In this document: piece after piece, positions 1 to 13,700 of the stretch
Layout: each line of letters opens with the position of its first letter
How positions within the stretch are numbered: position 1 is the first letter of the stretch
Assembly (NCBI GenBank): GCA_030141605.1
Contig: JAQGDQ010000087.1
Span: forward strand, 248,001 to 312,000
DNA from: Tubiluchus corallicola
Lineage: Eukaryota > Animalia > Priapulida
Length of the DNA: 64,000 nt
Direction of reading: 5' to 3'
Position numbers and translations under genes: made by a program
Notes under the pieces: generated by a model
What the model was told of the DNA's origin: nothing
What the model saw: the letters and a program-made list of their open reading frames with translations, nothing else
Database searches by the model: none

Positions 1-236
1 AAGGAAACCAGAAGGTGTAGACACTTGGGGTAGGGGCTCAACCACTGGTGCAGTCTAAAAGGAAACCAGAAGGTGTAGACACCTGGGGTAGGGGCTCAAC
101 CACTGGTGCAGTCTAAAAGGAAACCAGAAGGTGTAGACACCTGGGGTAGGGGCTCAACCACTGGTGCAGTCTAAAAGGAAACCAGAAGGTGTAGACACCT
201 GGGGTAGGGGCTCAACCACTGGTGCAGTCTAAAAGG
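1..236. repeat. 58-bp minisatellite, about 4 near-identical tandem copies, truncated by the window start
   Basis: Unit AAGGAAACCAGAAGGTGTAGACACCTGGGGTAGGGGCTCAACCACTGGTGCAGTCTAA restarts at 1, 59, 117 and 175; one C/T difference in copy 1; no spacers. Confidence 0.95.
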
Positions 237-575
237 ACCCCATATAGAAACTAAAATGTGAAAATTTTAGTGAAAGTGTGAAAGTAAGGGAAACTGCTCA
301 ATCACACAAGTAAACTGCACTAGACCAGGCATACTCAAGTAACAAGCACGGTCAAGCTTGCAAAAATGGGAAAAGGCCAACCCAAGCTACATTATTGTAG
401 CTATGTTTTGTTTATCCAGAATTCAGTTGTTTTATAAACCATGTAATTATAGATATCAGCTGATATCTGATGGTGACAATGGAAACGTGACAGTTTGACT
501 AACAAAGTTGAAGAGGAAGCGGGAGAACAATTTTAGCGCAGCTGCTTCTAAAGGGGAACGCGTCAACCTATTTGT

Positions 576-620
576 GGGAGACACATAGCTGAGTGGTTAC
601 GGGTATGTGCTTATAGCCAT
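576..620 (+). mobile_element. tRNA-derived SINE head fragment (A-box only)
   Basis: GGAGACACATAGCTGAGTGGTTAC has a Pol III A-box (TAGCTGAGTGG) and the same GGAGACAC start as the element at 2403. Confidence 0.4.
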
Positions 621-2402
621 CGACGTAAAAGTAAAGCCTCAGCATGCTCAGTACAATGGATAGTTAACAACCCGGAGAGCTATCTCTAGGCGCTTTTCGT
701 TTGTTATATAGCTCCGTTCAGCCCTCGTCCGGCTATTTAACTCTTTGAGGACTGAAGATGTGAAGATGCTGAACGGCTTATCTAAGAAGATTATCTGAAA
801 TAATTATCTTTGATATGACTAGATTCTAGAACTGGAACTAGATACTGTTGCCAGGTGCTGCATCACGGCTTGCAGAACACCAACGGTTATAAAAGCAAAT
901 GCTGATAGTTTGGCGCCAAATTTCTTTGCTATCTAAGTAGCCATATGCCCAACATGAAAATGCTTAATACAATGGCATAAATCACAAATCCAGTTATTAG
1001 AGAAATTAGAGCTTTTGTGAATTTGTGACATTGGAGAAAATATGTATGTTAGATTAAAAAAACAAGCGATAAGCAAAATTATAAAATAATAACCTTATCA
1101 CGGAAGTGAACCTGTGACGTTCGGGACAGAAGAATACTTGCAGAGTATTAGCTGCAAACGTAACTGTATTTAATCATGATAAGCAAAATGATACAAAAAT
1201 GAGCATAAAATATTAACTGTAAGTACGCTGTACCGTACCAGTACGTGTGTATCATCAATCTCGCCTCCAGTGATATTTGTTTTAGATTTTTTTTTTGCTT
1301 GGTACAGAAGTCAGACATTTATATACATTTCGGTAAAGAACAAAGACTGTAATGTCTAGAAAGGGTGCACATTATTATCTTCAATATTTATTTTCTTAGA
1401 TACTTGTATGCAGGTATTTATGCTAGTAGTACATGAATTAGCTGAAAGCGATAAAAGATGAATTTAAAAACAGACAGGACAAGGTCAGCAGTTATTTGTC
1501 TATATACACGTATTAAATATAAGCTTGATGCCAAGATTTTCATTAGTAATGGTAAAAACCCACGATTAAATAAACTTTGTCGAGAACAACGCCAGTATGG
1601 CGCTTCTCGAGTAAAAGTGTTTACATTCATGGTTACATGGATCTGCCCTTGCAAACTTGTTTCATAGTATACATTTTTAAAACTGTATGTAAACTAGTTT
1701 TGGATTCATTCCCATGTTGCCGTATAATCACGTGCATATAGGCTTCCGTCTCAGAAGGTATGTGTAGTTATAATCTTGCAAAAAATTGTTTAGCTAGCTT
1801 GGGGTGTCATACCATCACGTTATGGCACTCCCCCCTCCCTCCTTATCGAGGATAATCAGTAGCCAGTTCTCAGTGTGTAGTCGTTATATTTGTATTTTGT
1901 AGTGTTTATGAAAATTACTTCACTCATGCTCATTTTGACGTAGTCGTTAATTTAATGTAGCTAATAGCTCATACATAGCATTTAGCTGCATTTATTCGAT
2001 TCGCCGCTATCATGTAATCATTCTTTTCCATATAACCATTGTAAATATCCCTTGTTAAATCTTCGTGTAATGTTAAAATAACTATGCGCATATTTCTTGT
2101 TGTTGTTTCTATATATTTCTTGTTTTCTATAAACGGCAATCATATATTTGCACCTCGCAAACGTGGACTTGAACTTCAAATCATAAGGTAGTTCAGTCGC
2201 CCAATGATTGCTTTCCCCTTTTTTATAAAGAGCTAAAATTTCGAAAATATTTACAAAAAAAAACAGAAATCTAATTCGCGTTCGCGACAAATTTTGATTC
2301 CGAACTGGAAAGACAGGAAACGTAAAAACATGGGACAGTCTGAATTTGAACATGGATATGCTTGTCTAGCTATAAGAGATGTTTGAACTGCCATAACCAC
2401 CA

Positions 2403-2450
2403 GGAGACACGTGGCCTAGTAGTTAGACCCTGGTTCAATTCCAGTCTCTG
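2403..2450 (+). mobile_element. tRNA-derived SINE head or tRNA pseudogene lacking the anticodon arm
   Basis: A-box TGGCCTAGTAG (2412-2422); perfect T-arm CTGG-TTCAATT-CCAG containing B-box GGTTCAATTCC (2432-2442); GAGAC...GTCTC closing stem; no anticodon arm, so not a functional tRNA. Confidence 0.55.
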
Positions 2451-4706
2451 TTCCAACTTTCCACATTTCCTGTCGTTCCAGTTTGGCATCAATATTTAAC
2501 TAATTACGTGTTTGTACCATCAACATTTTTATCTACAATCAAATGAAAATGTTAAAATAGAAGCGTTCGTAACAGTCAATTTGTTCCACTGGTTATGACG
2601 CCATTTTAAAACTTCTCGTTGACCTGTTGACCTGTGTATGTTGAGTGACCGGAGTCGATATGCAAGGACGTTAAAGGATACTGCAGGGAAAATAAAAAAC
2701 GGGAGCCAAACATTCCCTTCTATTTAAAAAATGGATTGGTAATTAGGAAATCATAAGCTCTCAGGTTCACAGTGAAGCATATTGGTCGTTACACCAGGTT
2801 CTGGCACCATAAATCATTTATTCTTGCGCTAATGTTTAACTCGCTTAAACTTTATCTCAGAAGGGATTCTATACATCATTCTTATCATAACATATAATCT
2901 ATGCACCGTAGCATGTGCCGCAGATATGGCTATGATTAATTATTGTTTGTTACTCTACTGAAACATTAAACATTTGCTGTGCTTTAGACTACCAAAAAAA
3001 AACATTAGCTGTTTGGATGTGGATGACAGGCGAAACTCTAACTTCAGCTTCGATTTTATATAAAGCACTACAGTTGCGAATTCTTTGCATAAATTTTGAT
3101 ATTATGTGTGTTTTTCAAATTGTTTATAATTTTATACAATACATTTACTTGTTTGCTATAATTATTAACTTGTCCATTCACATTAACTGCTGTTTACATG
3201 GAAAGCTATGCAATCCTATATGCGCATTTTTCAGTATTTTGTACAGCTAATCATTTTTGTAAGCTTATATATGCGTGGAATTTCAGTAAATCGAGACCAT
3301 AGTATTGTAATTTATTTTCACTATCATAAGAACTGGAACAGACAATTGTCAGAAGAACTAATAAAACAACATTATTTATTAATCAGTATTTTATAAAAAG
3401 GATTTTATGTTACACCATGTTAAGAAAGTTGTCATTACACATCCTCTTACCAAAGCTTAGACTAACAACAGCAAATATGGATCATGTACATTAGAAACAT
3501 GATCAATAATAGTATTTCTCAATATGAAAGACGGAGCCAAGACTGATGCTACTAATAATGTAAACTGGTATTGACTCTATACAGACTAGGTCAACTGAAG
3601 CCATGTGTTCAATAAGTCTCTTTAGCATGAGTAATAGCAATTAATTTAGACTGTAAAAATAAAATGGTTGGAAAATATTGACTAGTGGGCGCATTTTATT
3701 TCAAATTACCATGAATCATCATAATTAACTGTGTGAGATCCCGAACAAAATAACAGAGAATGCCTTAATGCGATGGTAATAAATTGACATGCTTTAGACT
3801 GTGAACTAATTTTAGCAAGAATAAAGCTAAAAATACAAACATTTTAAGAAATATTTTGGTCTACAATAGGCCTACATTGTAAATTAAAAACCCTTAACTA
3901 ACTACAAATAACACATGTTCAATGAACAGCTAAATGAATTAAATTCCTAATGAACTGAAAAGACTACAAATAATTGGAAAAAGGCCTATTCATATGAGAT
4001 TTTATTGGTAAAATTTAATATCATTTATCTCTTCTTTAGGCACGAAAATGAACAATAAAACAGATTTTTTTCTATACATACATATAAAAATACTCACAAT
4101 ATAACTATAATGAAAATAAAAATTAAGCTTTGCTACTTAATAAATATTTCAGTTTATTTTTATCACATTTTATAGGCAAACTAAATAAATATTTAAATTA
4201 ATAAAAGCTGCTGCTTTCCATACCAGTTGACTTACATAAAACGATCTTCCTTGGCTTTCTCAGAAGAAAAACTGTGACTGCTGGTTTCAGAACATTTCTA
4301 CCTGATTTTTCGAGTTATAAAAACACAAGTCAATTTATTCTATAGAAAAGCAATAGGAAATACTTGTCCAGGCATGCCTGATACTTATACAACAATAAGT
4401 ATTCTTTATAGCCCTTCTAAAAATACAATATGCCGTCATTTTGATGAAGATGTAGTAAATAACTTAAAATTTACTAAAAAGTAATCAATTTACAGGTACT
4501 ACTTTGTCTGAGTGTTACCATTAAAACACGATAAATTCCTATTGTAATTTGTAAACACTAAAGTCAAAAATAAATATCTTGTCTTGCAAGTCAACCAGCC
4601 GTCTTACTGGCAAAATCAAGCTTCCAACAGTAAAATTATTTTTGGCAATAAAAATTCTTTGGTTTATCAATAATTATCAAACACTTCCTTATATACTGCT
4701 ACATAA

Positions 4707-7700
4707 TTACTTAAACAACTCTTTTTGATGTCTAATTAATATCTCAACTATGATATGACCGAACTTAGCATTTTGCAACGACGCTAATGGGTCGTTATCT
4801 GGACAGCGAAGCAGCGTGGGCCCAAATACCATAGCCAAATTATCAGCTGACATCAGATTGTTGCCTTGGTGTTGTACAACTCTGAAAAAAGAGACTAAAA
4901 TATTAACCCATTCCAAACAGAAGAAGCAAAATGCACAATTCTGTAATTATTGTGTTTAGCTAGCACAGGCAATATAATTAACCTACCAATTTACTAGGTT
5001 ACAAACATTTAGAATGGCAACACCTTAGATGTACTTTTTACGTGCTTTGGCACTCTCCTACCTGAAATCCAACGTTGAATGACAGGCTACGTAATGTAGA
5101 TATGGTGGCAGAATTTAGCAAATAGTTATGGAAAACTTTTCTAAAATAAGACACTGAACCGGTAGAAATACTTCAGCTACATTTTAATGCATTTACAATC
5201 TTCCACAATGAGAAAAGTCAGCAGCAGCAAGACAGAAGAAATTGCGTAGAAACAGTCACCCATCCACTAACTCACTAACGCTTGGTATTGCTTAAATTTG
5301 CTCATTAACCACAAACCATGTCCACTGACGTATTCCTTCGCTCATACTAATACCCAATTTGATGTAAAAATTATACACAAATCAAGCGAAAGAAATTATC
5401 CACAAATCAGGGTTTTCTAGCTCAGTAAGGCTACAACTCTGATAAAATCAGTGATAGTCAGTAAAATAAGGAAAGCTTTCAACAATAACAAAGTTAAACT
5501 GTTAGTTCAAAAATTCTCTAGAAGTAGGCTGCAGCAACATTCAGTTGTATGGACATTGTCCATCTAAGTGTAGCCAGTAGGTATGCCCTGAGTTGCTGTT
5601 TGGGTTTGTGTATAGTAAACAACTGTCATAGCATCTTACAAGCTGCTAGATCACACAAATAAAGTACCTCAATATAAAAAAACGAAAGTTAACTAAATTT
5701 AGTTGGTAGTACTAAATTACTTCCTTATAAAGAGTTAATACTTTTAAAAAGTACAGAGTTCTTACTTGTTTAAATGTTGCAACAGGTACTTGAGAGTTTG
5801 ATAATGAGCCGGTGGCAATTTGGTTATGGCTTCCTTAATACCTTGCAGACGTTCTTGTTCTGTTTCACGCTCTAGAGAAATAAAGTTAGCACGGTTAACT
5901 ATCCAGACAATACATGGGTGCACTCAACAGTAACATGGCAACACACAGCACAAAAGATGTGGTCAGATGATCATCATAAGACATGTGATTGACATGATGA
6001 AGAAATCATACTGGCTACACCGCACAGTAAGTCAGCTATTGTTGCAATAAAAAGCTTATTCAGAGCTGTGCACTTACTTGCAGCAGTTATGAAAACAGGA
6101 TAGGCATCGTATGTTACAACTGGAATGGGCAAAAGTCGAAAGAATAATTTGAGCACTCCACATATCGTATTTACATCTTCGTAACGTTCTTTGCTGATGT
6201 CTGTGGATTCACCATCTATACGTGATAACAAATAATAAAGTACTACATTTAAGTTGATAAAGTTAACAAATGTTAATGGTAATAAAATTGGTAGTAAGCA
6301 GGTCAAAAAATGTAATGATGCACAATTTTTTTCGTACTTATTGGAACTGTTTTAACTTATGATTAAAAAATTCTGCTAAATTTTTTATCGCAAATTTAGC
6401 AGAATTTACGATATAAATCGACATTTTCCATATTGTCATTTAGTTCTGTAAGCAAGGCACATTTGTTATAATAACTTGAATTAGTGTATCCAACCTTGGA
6501 AAAAAGGGAACAGATTACAAAGTATTACAATTCCAAAACCCTTATCTAAAAGTGACAGAGCTCCTCCACATTACACTTTAGCATTTGTTTATGGGATTTC
6601 ATAAGTGAAAAGTTGCATTTCAAAAGAGTTGTGAGAATTCTTGTCACATCAGGTAAGTTCACCCGATGAAACTTATACTAATCAGCTTGACAAACCTTTG
6701 TCAAATGACATCTTTATTGCTTCAATGTCATCATTAAATCCCGGCACTCTGTATATGCCTTCATCGTCCAACCCACGTTTTTCGACTTCTCGTACGCACA
6801 TGTCGACTACGATTGGCCGAAGTACATTGTGCGCTTTTACGATCGTTGTCAGATCTACGCCGAATAACCTCTGGACAAATTTCGTGTTCGGCAGACAGTC
6901 GTTAGGGATTTTCTCTGAGCATTTTTTGTGCGCGTTAAATCCACAGTCTGCAAGAGAAAACAGAATTACATGCAGGAAGGAAGCAGCAATACAAACTTGT
7001 TCATACATGTGTTTTCAAAATGATGATTTACGCTCAGTAGGAGAAATTACTTGTTGCAAAACAAAACAAGCAGAAAGCATAAATGACCTAACAAATGAGA
7101 CATAGGGTCCAGGTAACTTTAAGATGGATCCACAGTTTTTTAGATCGTTGTCTTTTACATTCATTTTAAATACAGTACATCCAATTGCGAGTTAAAAATT
7201 GCAATTGTAAGCAGTACATAAGCTTTAATATAGTGACATTTTTTACAAAACAAAATTTTTGGTGCATTTTATTTTTTTACCATGCTTCCAAAATGAAATT
7301 TCCACATGCTTCAGTAACTGCATCAAATAGGTTTGGGGCTTTCTCTTATAAACAGAAATAATCTCTTAGAAATAAACGTGTTTCTCTTATTTGTTCGAGT
7401 TTCAAGCCACTACGATGGGCCATTCCGTGGGAATCACTACCATCAGCACCAAGGGCAGACTGCACCAAATGTCAAACATGCCCGAACTTCCTTAAGGGTT
7501 TGGTATATTTCAAGCCCTTGTGACAAATGCTTCAGCTGTATTGCTTTTAAAAGTTTGAAAATTCACTTCATCCCCAGCTTAGGTACAAAAGACAACAACG
7601 TTAAAATATGAACATGCGCTAGTGCTCAAGAAGAGCACACCTCCTCGCCAAGTTTCAAGCTTCTGGAGTTGGGCACTGGGACTGAAGTACATGTTGACAT

Positions 7701-10700
7701 GACTAGAAATGGTCACAAGAAATCTTCAAAAATGCAAATGGCACAAACATACACACCTTGACATCTGACTCCCTGAGCAATTAATCCCCAAAGGAAGTTT
7801 CCACAAAAATCACACCAGTGGGGACCTCGGAATGTGTGAACCTATTAAAAAGTATATTAAAATATCACGAAAAGCACTAAGTCAAAAGGCAAAAAATTTG
7901 ACATACTATTCCAGTAATTTCCAATAATTCCAACAAGTGAATGTTCCAATTGGTGATTACAAAATGAGTAATGATAAGCACCATCAAAAATCCCAAACTT
8001 AAAAATTCAGAGTAGTCCTTCTGATGTTTAAAGAATTTCCAAAATTTCTGTTACTCTGTTCTGAGTACTATATATTTACATACACATTTAGCTTATAATT
8101 CCAAAATATTAGTTTGGCCGACAGTAAGGACTATTTTAAACATGCATTTATCACGAATTTTTTCCTTATATGCTATTCAAAGTTAAAACAGCTGCTAGAA
8201 TTCAGTGGCAAATTGCAATCATTAAACTTTAGACATGCTGTTCAACTGTCAGCTCCATCAAAGTGCAGAACAAGCCTTTTCTCTTGTACGTGTATATAAA
8301 ATCATTTCTTATAGCAATGGAATTACTAAGAGGTCATCGTACGTGTTTGACAGAAGTTAAGCAATGTTGGGCCTAACTAGTGAATGGGATGGGTGGTGGC
8401 TGCCAGTAATAATGCTTTCCAGCCTAGCTACATCTATCTACATTAAGCAGGTCATGCTGTTAAATGGATAAGGCTTGCAAAGTGCAAAAATGTACGAAAA
8501 AATTTGGAAAAAAGATTGTGACAGGTGTATTAAGAGCATTATCACATGCAAATGCACTAAAACAAAATTTATTGCTGTAATGCTATCAGTGCATAGCTTG
8601 CAAGTAGCGAGTCCTATTCTAATTAGAGTGAGCTAGTAAACTAGAAAACAAGGTAATAATGGTTTACTCTAAGCAATATAATAATATAAAAAATAGTTCA
8701 CAAACAAACCAATTTTCATTTTTATTGCTTTGAATGTACCTTAAAAACATGAGGCTTCTCATATTCATAGACTTCTAAACGCTTTTGAGCAACATCATCT
8801 ATTAATCCTTGTACCTAAAAATAAAAAGCATAAGACTGTTGAATAGCATTAAACTAGCCAAGCCCCGTGAAGCTGTGAAATGGTTCTCCTGCCGGCAGCC
8901 CCATAACCACATTTACTTAATGCGTAAGTTGTAATAGTTCCTGTAATGACGAACATTCATTACGCAACCTGATCAATAATCTGTCCTGTGTCGCATTGCT
9001 AGACAGAGAATTTACAGCACTCAAACGCTGCAGTGGAATTCCAAAACAAGTGATAGAATTAGGAAACAACTTGTCATGTACTGATTCAACCAGGATGGAC
9101 AACAAGAAATAGTAAATCAAACATTTAGTGATATTGTCATTGATGCATCATTAGTTGCTTCTGGTTAGATAATGCTGCTTACTGTTCAGTTTCCGCCACT
9201 AAATTCTGGCTTCATTACTAGCACAGTGTAGCAACTTATTTGAGACTTTTGGAAAACATAATTATACCTTCGAGAATCAGATGTGGAAAAAATTGTTCTG
9301 GAAGTGTGTAAAGCTGCAACAGCAGCTTTAGTAAAATGCATCAGACTTAAGAACACACGGACACGAAGAGCTTCACCACAATTACACATTTCAAATGATT
9401 CAGTTACATCAGTCAGCACAATAAATTTCTAAGTCAGAAGAGTGGCGAATGGGTATATGACACACATTCATTTTAGTGAAGCTTATGCTATAACTTGTGA
9501 CTTTATTTTATTCAGCACATGAAAGTCTATCTAGAATATGCATGGAAATGTCACTGAGCAGAGCAAGCTGCACAAAAAGTCAACTGGAAACATAACTTAC
9601 TGTTATACTGTTAGTTATAAAAAGCTAGACAGACTCATGTGTAGGTAAACAATATGTTGTGTAAGCTGTCTCATAAGTGCTTCCACGTTTCAGTTTGATA
9701 TAAGCAAAACCAGAAAAAAATATTCATATCTCTTATGTTAATCTCAGTTACAATGTTAAACAAAATGTGCACAATATCATAAAGCATAAAAGAAGGTGAA
9801 AACATTAACAAATAATTATCATACTGCATCTGGATGAGGTGTCTCATAATTGCTAATGCCATCTGTTGTCGAAAAGTTAAGCTCAATTTCTCTATGTTGA
9901 GACTGATTAGACTTTGCAGATTTTCCAGACTTTCCCGACTTGATGCTGTCCTGCGTTTTTGATCTTCGCATTTTGTTATTTAATCTGAAAGGTAAGTATT
10001 TAGTTAAGTCTGACAGTTAGTTTTGCACTAGCAACCACTGTTATATGATCTAATGAAAATCACCACATAATTCTAAACAAACACTGAATGCTGCAGATGC
10101 ATTTAGACCAAAAAAACTGAACTAATTTTCACCTCCAATTTCAGAAGTAATAACACGGCCTTTGTTGTTTCCATGTCTACAGCAAGTTAGCAACAGTATT
10201 AGAAATCAAAATCACGAAAGCCGATTGTTAGCAGATTAATGCAGCATTTAGATTAACCAGCTAGTATGAAATTAAGTTTGGAAAGAATGTGTTATGGGTG
10301 TGCAGCCTTGTGCGCGTGCAAGCAACCGTGCATAAGATGCGGATAAACAGCACCTTTGAAAAGAATGCAGAAATAAAGACCTTTGGTAAATAAAATCAGG
10401 TTTCAATGTATTGTGCAATTTGCATTTAATTATAATGCATTGAACAGTCGTATACAAAAATAACACGTGTTATTTAGAGTTTATGCTACACACTTGTGAG
10501 ATTCAAACACATAAACTGTGCAATACAATATTATGAAATAAAGCTTATTATAAGAAATCAAGAAAACACTTCATTCACCAATACCATTCAAAAACAGAGT
10601 TTAGAGCATTATTCTATTCTAAAGCTTCTACTATAAAGAAGTGATAATTTTATTATTTGACACGAAGAAAATCAGGATATCCACGAGAAAAAATATCAAC

Positions 10701-13700
10701 CAAACATAAAAAAACAGTTTTGAAGTTTCTATTATAAAGAAGTCATATATTTGATATAAAGAAAATTTATTTCATTAAAATATCCAGGAAAAAATGTCAG
10801 TCAAACCAAAAAGGCCTACTTTATAATTTATATATCATGTTGGTACTAGTGCACTATTATTACTAGTGTGGCAAAAAAGCTTAAAATTTAAAAAAAATGT
10901 ATTACAAATGTAGGTAAGTTTAAAGATTACGGTGAATGCCAAGGTTCCATACTAACACCCAAAGTCACCAAAATAATAGATATTGTACTTACTTCATATA
11001 TGGAGATTCTTCATACTCAGACTCATTTGCCATTACAGCTATGTAGTCGGCAGCGTAGGTTTCAACGTAAAGTGTGATAAGGCCATCAGCCACTAGGTCT
11101 TGAAGTGTTTCGAACCTCTTGTCTCCAACGTAATGGTGGCCATCGTAAAATAATTTGTAATTTTTTGTAGTGCCATTAAACCTGGTAAAGTACAATTAGC
11201 ATTAATATTGTGGTTGCTTAAACTGCTATCAGTGTCAGTGAACAAGTAATAGTAGGCCTACATAGCCAATACCTCACCACTTAGCTTTGTACTTCAGTAA
11301 TTTCACCATACTGGAATCACGACAAATTTATAATGCTATAATCACAAAAAGCTACAAATTAATCAAACTAGGTAAAGTTTCACCAACTGCATACCTCATG
11401 CTAAGGGTATATGAACCAGGTGCTCTCTGACTTTCCCTGACTAGGTAACACCCTTCAGCTCTTTGTACCAGTTCATCTGCTTCTGTTCTAGACACCATAC
11501 CATGATATCTACAATCATACAAAATATGTGCATATTTTCAGCACAATAGTCACTGGAATTAGTGCACTGCAGTAGCACAAGGCATAAATGTTGTTACCCA
11601 AGGTTGTCACACGTAACTTAGGAACTTCTACACCTAGGGTCCATGCTACCTTATAGTCAAACTTAGGAACTTCTACACCTAGGGTCCATGCTACCTTATA
11701 GTCAAACTTAGGAACTTCTACATCTAGGGTCCATGCTACCTTATAGTCAATGAAATGAATGAAAGAAACGAGGCCACATTTGTTGTCCGCTTTTTTTACA
11801 ATTCGGCACAGCAAAGATACGGCCTACTCAAAGAGATGTTTGTGATGTGACCCGACTCTAGCTTTCTACCAAGGATACAGCTCTAAGATGAGACACTGAT
11901 GTGGCAATGGTATCTCAGAGACAATTTGGATGCATATGCTCCCTCTACGAATTGAACAGCCCACATTTACATGTGATACCGCCTAAGACAAGTATTCAAC
12001 CCATGCCATTCGGGTGAAGTGCAGGAATTGTATCATTGAGTTACACAACTCACCATCAGTGAATAGCCATAATGTATGCAAAAGCCAATTGTAAGTTATC
12101 ATACATATTGAAGAAAATGTCAACTGGGACACTTACTCCCTGCCATAATACGGGGGACGATTCGGCACATCACGTTGGCACACTACACGTTTTGGCGTAG
12201 GAGCTTGCTGCTGTAATTGATATACTGAAACACAACGAATGATGATTACATTATTAGCTTATTATTGAAGAAAATCTGTTTTTATAGTTTAATTACTAAA
12301 GAAATAAATATGAACTAAAATAATATTTCCAAACAGAAGTCTTTACATGTGGCTACAGCGCGATATATCACATTGGTAACCAATAATAAAAGTATTGCCT
12401 GCATTTAGTTTTAATAAATATAGTCATATTGTTATAGTATCACTAATTTACTGAAACTTGTGATAAAGTTATTAAAGCAAAAGTCAACCACTGTCTTGGG
12501 CAAATTAAGAAAGAAAGTAAGAAAAACTACTTACAGTAAGATTTCCACAGATGTGGGTAAGCATCCCCATAGCCCATGTCTTCATCTGTAAACACGAAAT
12601 TAAGATTGTTCATTAATTATTTAATTATATTAATTATAATTACGGAATTTTCGTAATCATAATTTGAAGAATATCAATTAGTGATGGAACGTAATCAATG
12701 TTTTTATATATATAATAAATGAGAACAAACAATAAAAATAACCCTGAAAAACCAATTTATAATCTTTATTATAACAAATGTTTTGGAGGTACAAAGTCTC
12801 TACTTTTACTTTTACTTTCTTTCCAGTACTACATTACTAATACAGAAACTTGTAAGATGATCTTAGTTAGTTATGAAGCATTTAGCTTTGAAGTTTTGAT
12901 TCAATAGTTGAAGAAAATGAAGATAGATACTTAGTTACCTCAGAGTTTAGAACAATACTACACTGCTAATAAAAAAAATTAACTCATAATTAAAAGGAAG
13001 CAATGGGCCTTAATATCTGCAATGGTTGAAATCTGAGTTGCACACGTTTACAACACTAGGAACAAACACAGTCACATACGGTTAATCATAAAGAAACCCG
13101 TTAATCAAGCTGCAGAATAAGAAGCAGCAGTGCGATAGGCTATAATAACTGACAATATGGAACATGACGATTTCTATGAATCATTGTAGCGCGTGGCGGC
13201 CTTTGTTTAAAAACATAAATTATCATCTGACACAATTAGTGGTCCGGCAGCTGGCATCTGCTGTCTCCTAGTAATTTTATTACCTCGTGTGACAGTAACA
13301 TTCACGTATACATCCAGCTTATTAGTTCTAAGTGATTCTGTGAAAGTGATTCTGCTGTTTGTGTAGGACGCGTTCACCATGTTAGCATATATGAAGTTCT
13401 ACTAGTCATTATAAAGCAGCATCAAAACCAACTATCCTAGCACGTACGCTTGTCAGAATTTGTCTAGACATTGTTGGGTGCAAACATAATCATCATGGAT
13501 TAATCAACATGGATTGATCTTCATGAATATGATTAAACATACGCAGAACAGAAGCTGAAAAATAATTTCCTAGATCCACTTGATCTAATCGCTCACAAGT
13601 CACATCCACAGTTTAACGGAATCCGTGAATTTTTTTAACGAAATTTCAGTAGAAAAAGCGATTGCTTATACTACAGTATCACGTGACAGGAACGTTAAGA

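Noticed and set aside
1-236. CRISPR-like array
   Set aside because: Units are contiguous with no unique spacers, there are no cas genes, and the context is eukaryotic.
1418-3396. Short ORFs upstream of the chimaerin 3' end as a fourth gene
   Set aside because: No recognisable domains or consistent splice chain; the region looks like decayed repeats.
6641-7105. 154-aa + strand ORF
   Set aside because: Antisense shadow of the chimaerin C1/GAP exon, with no independent motifs.
8917-9430. Possible alpha1-chimaerin-like internal first exon or nested gene between the linker exons
   Set aside because: The short ORFs end in stops before a usable phase-0 donor and show no recognisable similarity; the flanking exons already join in frame.
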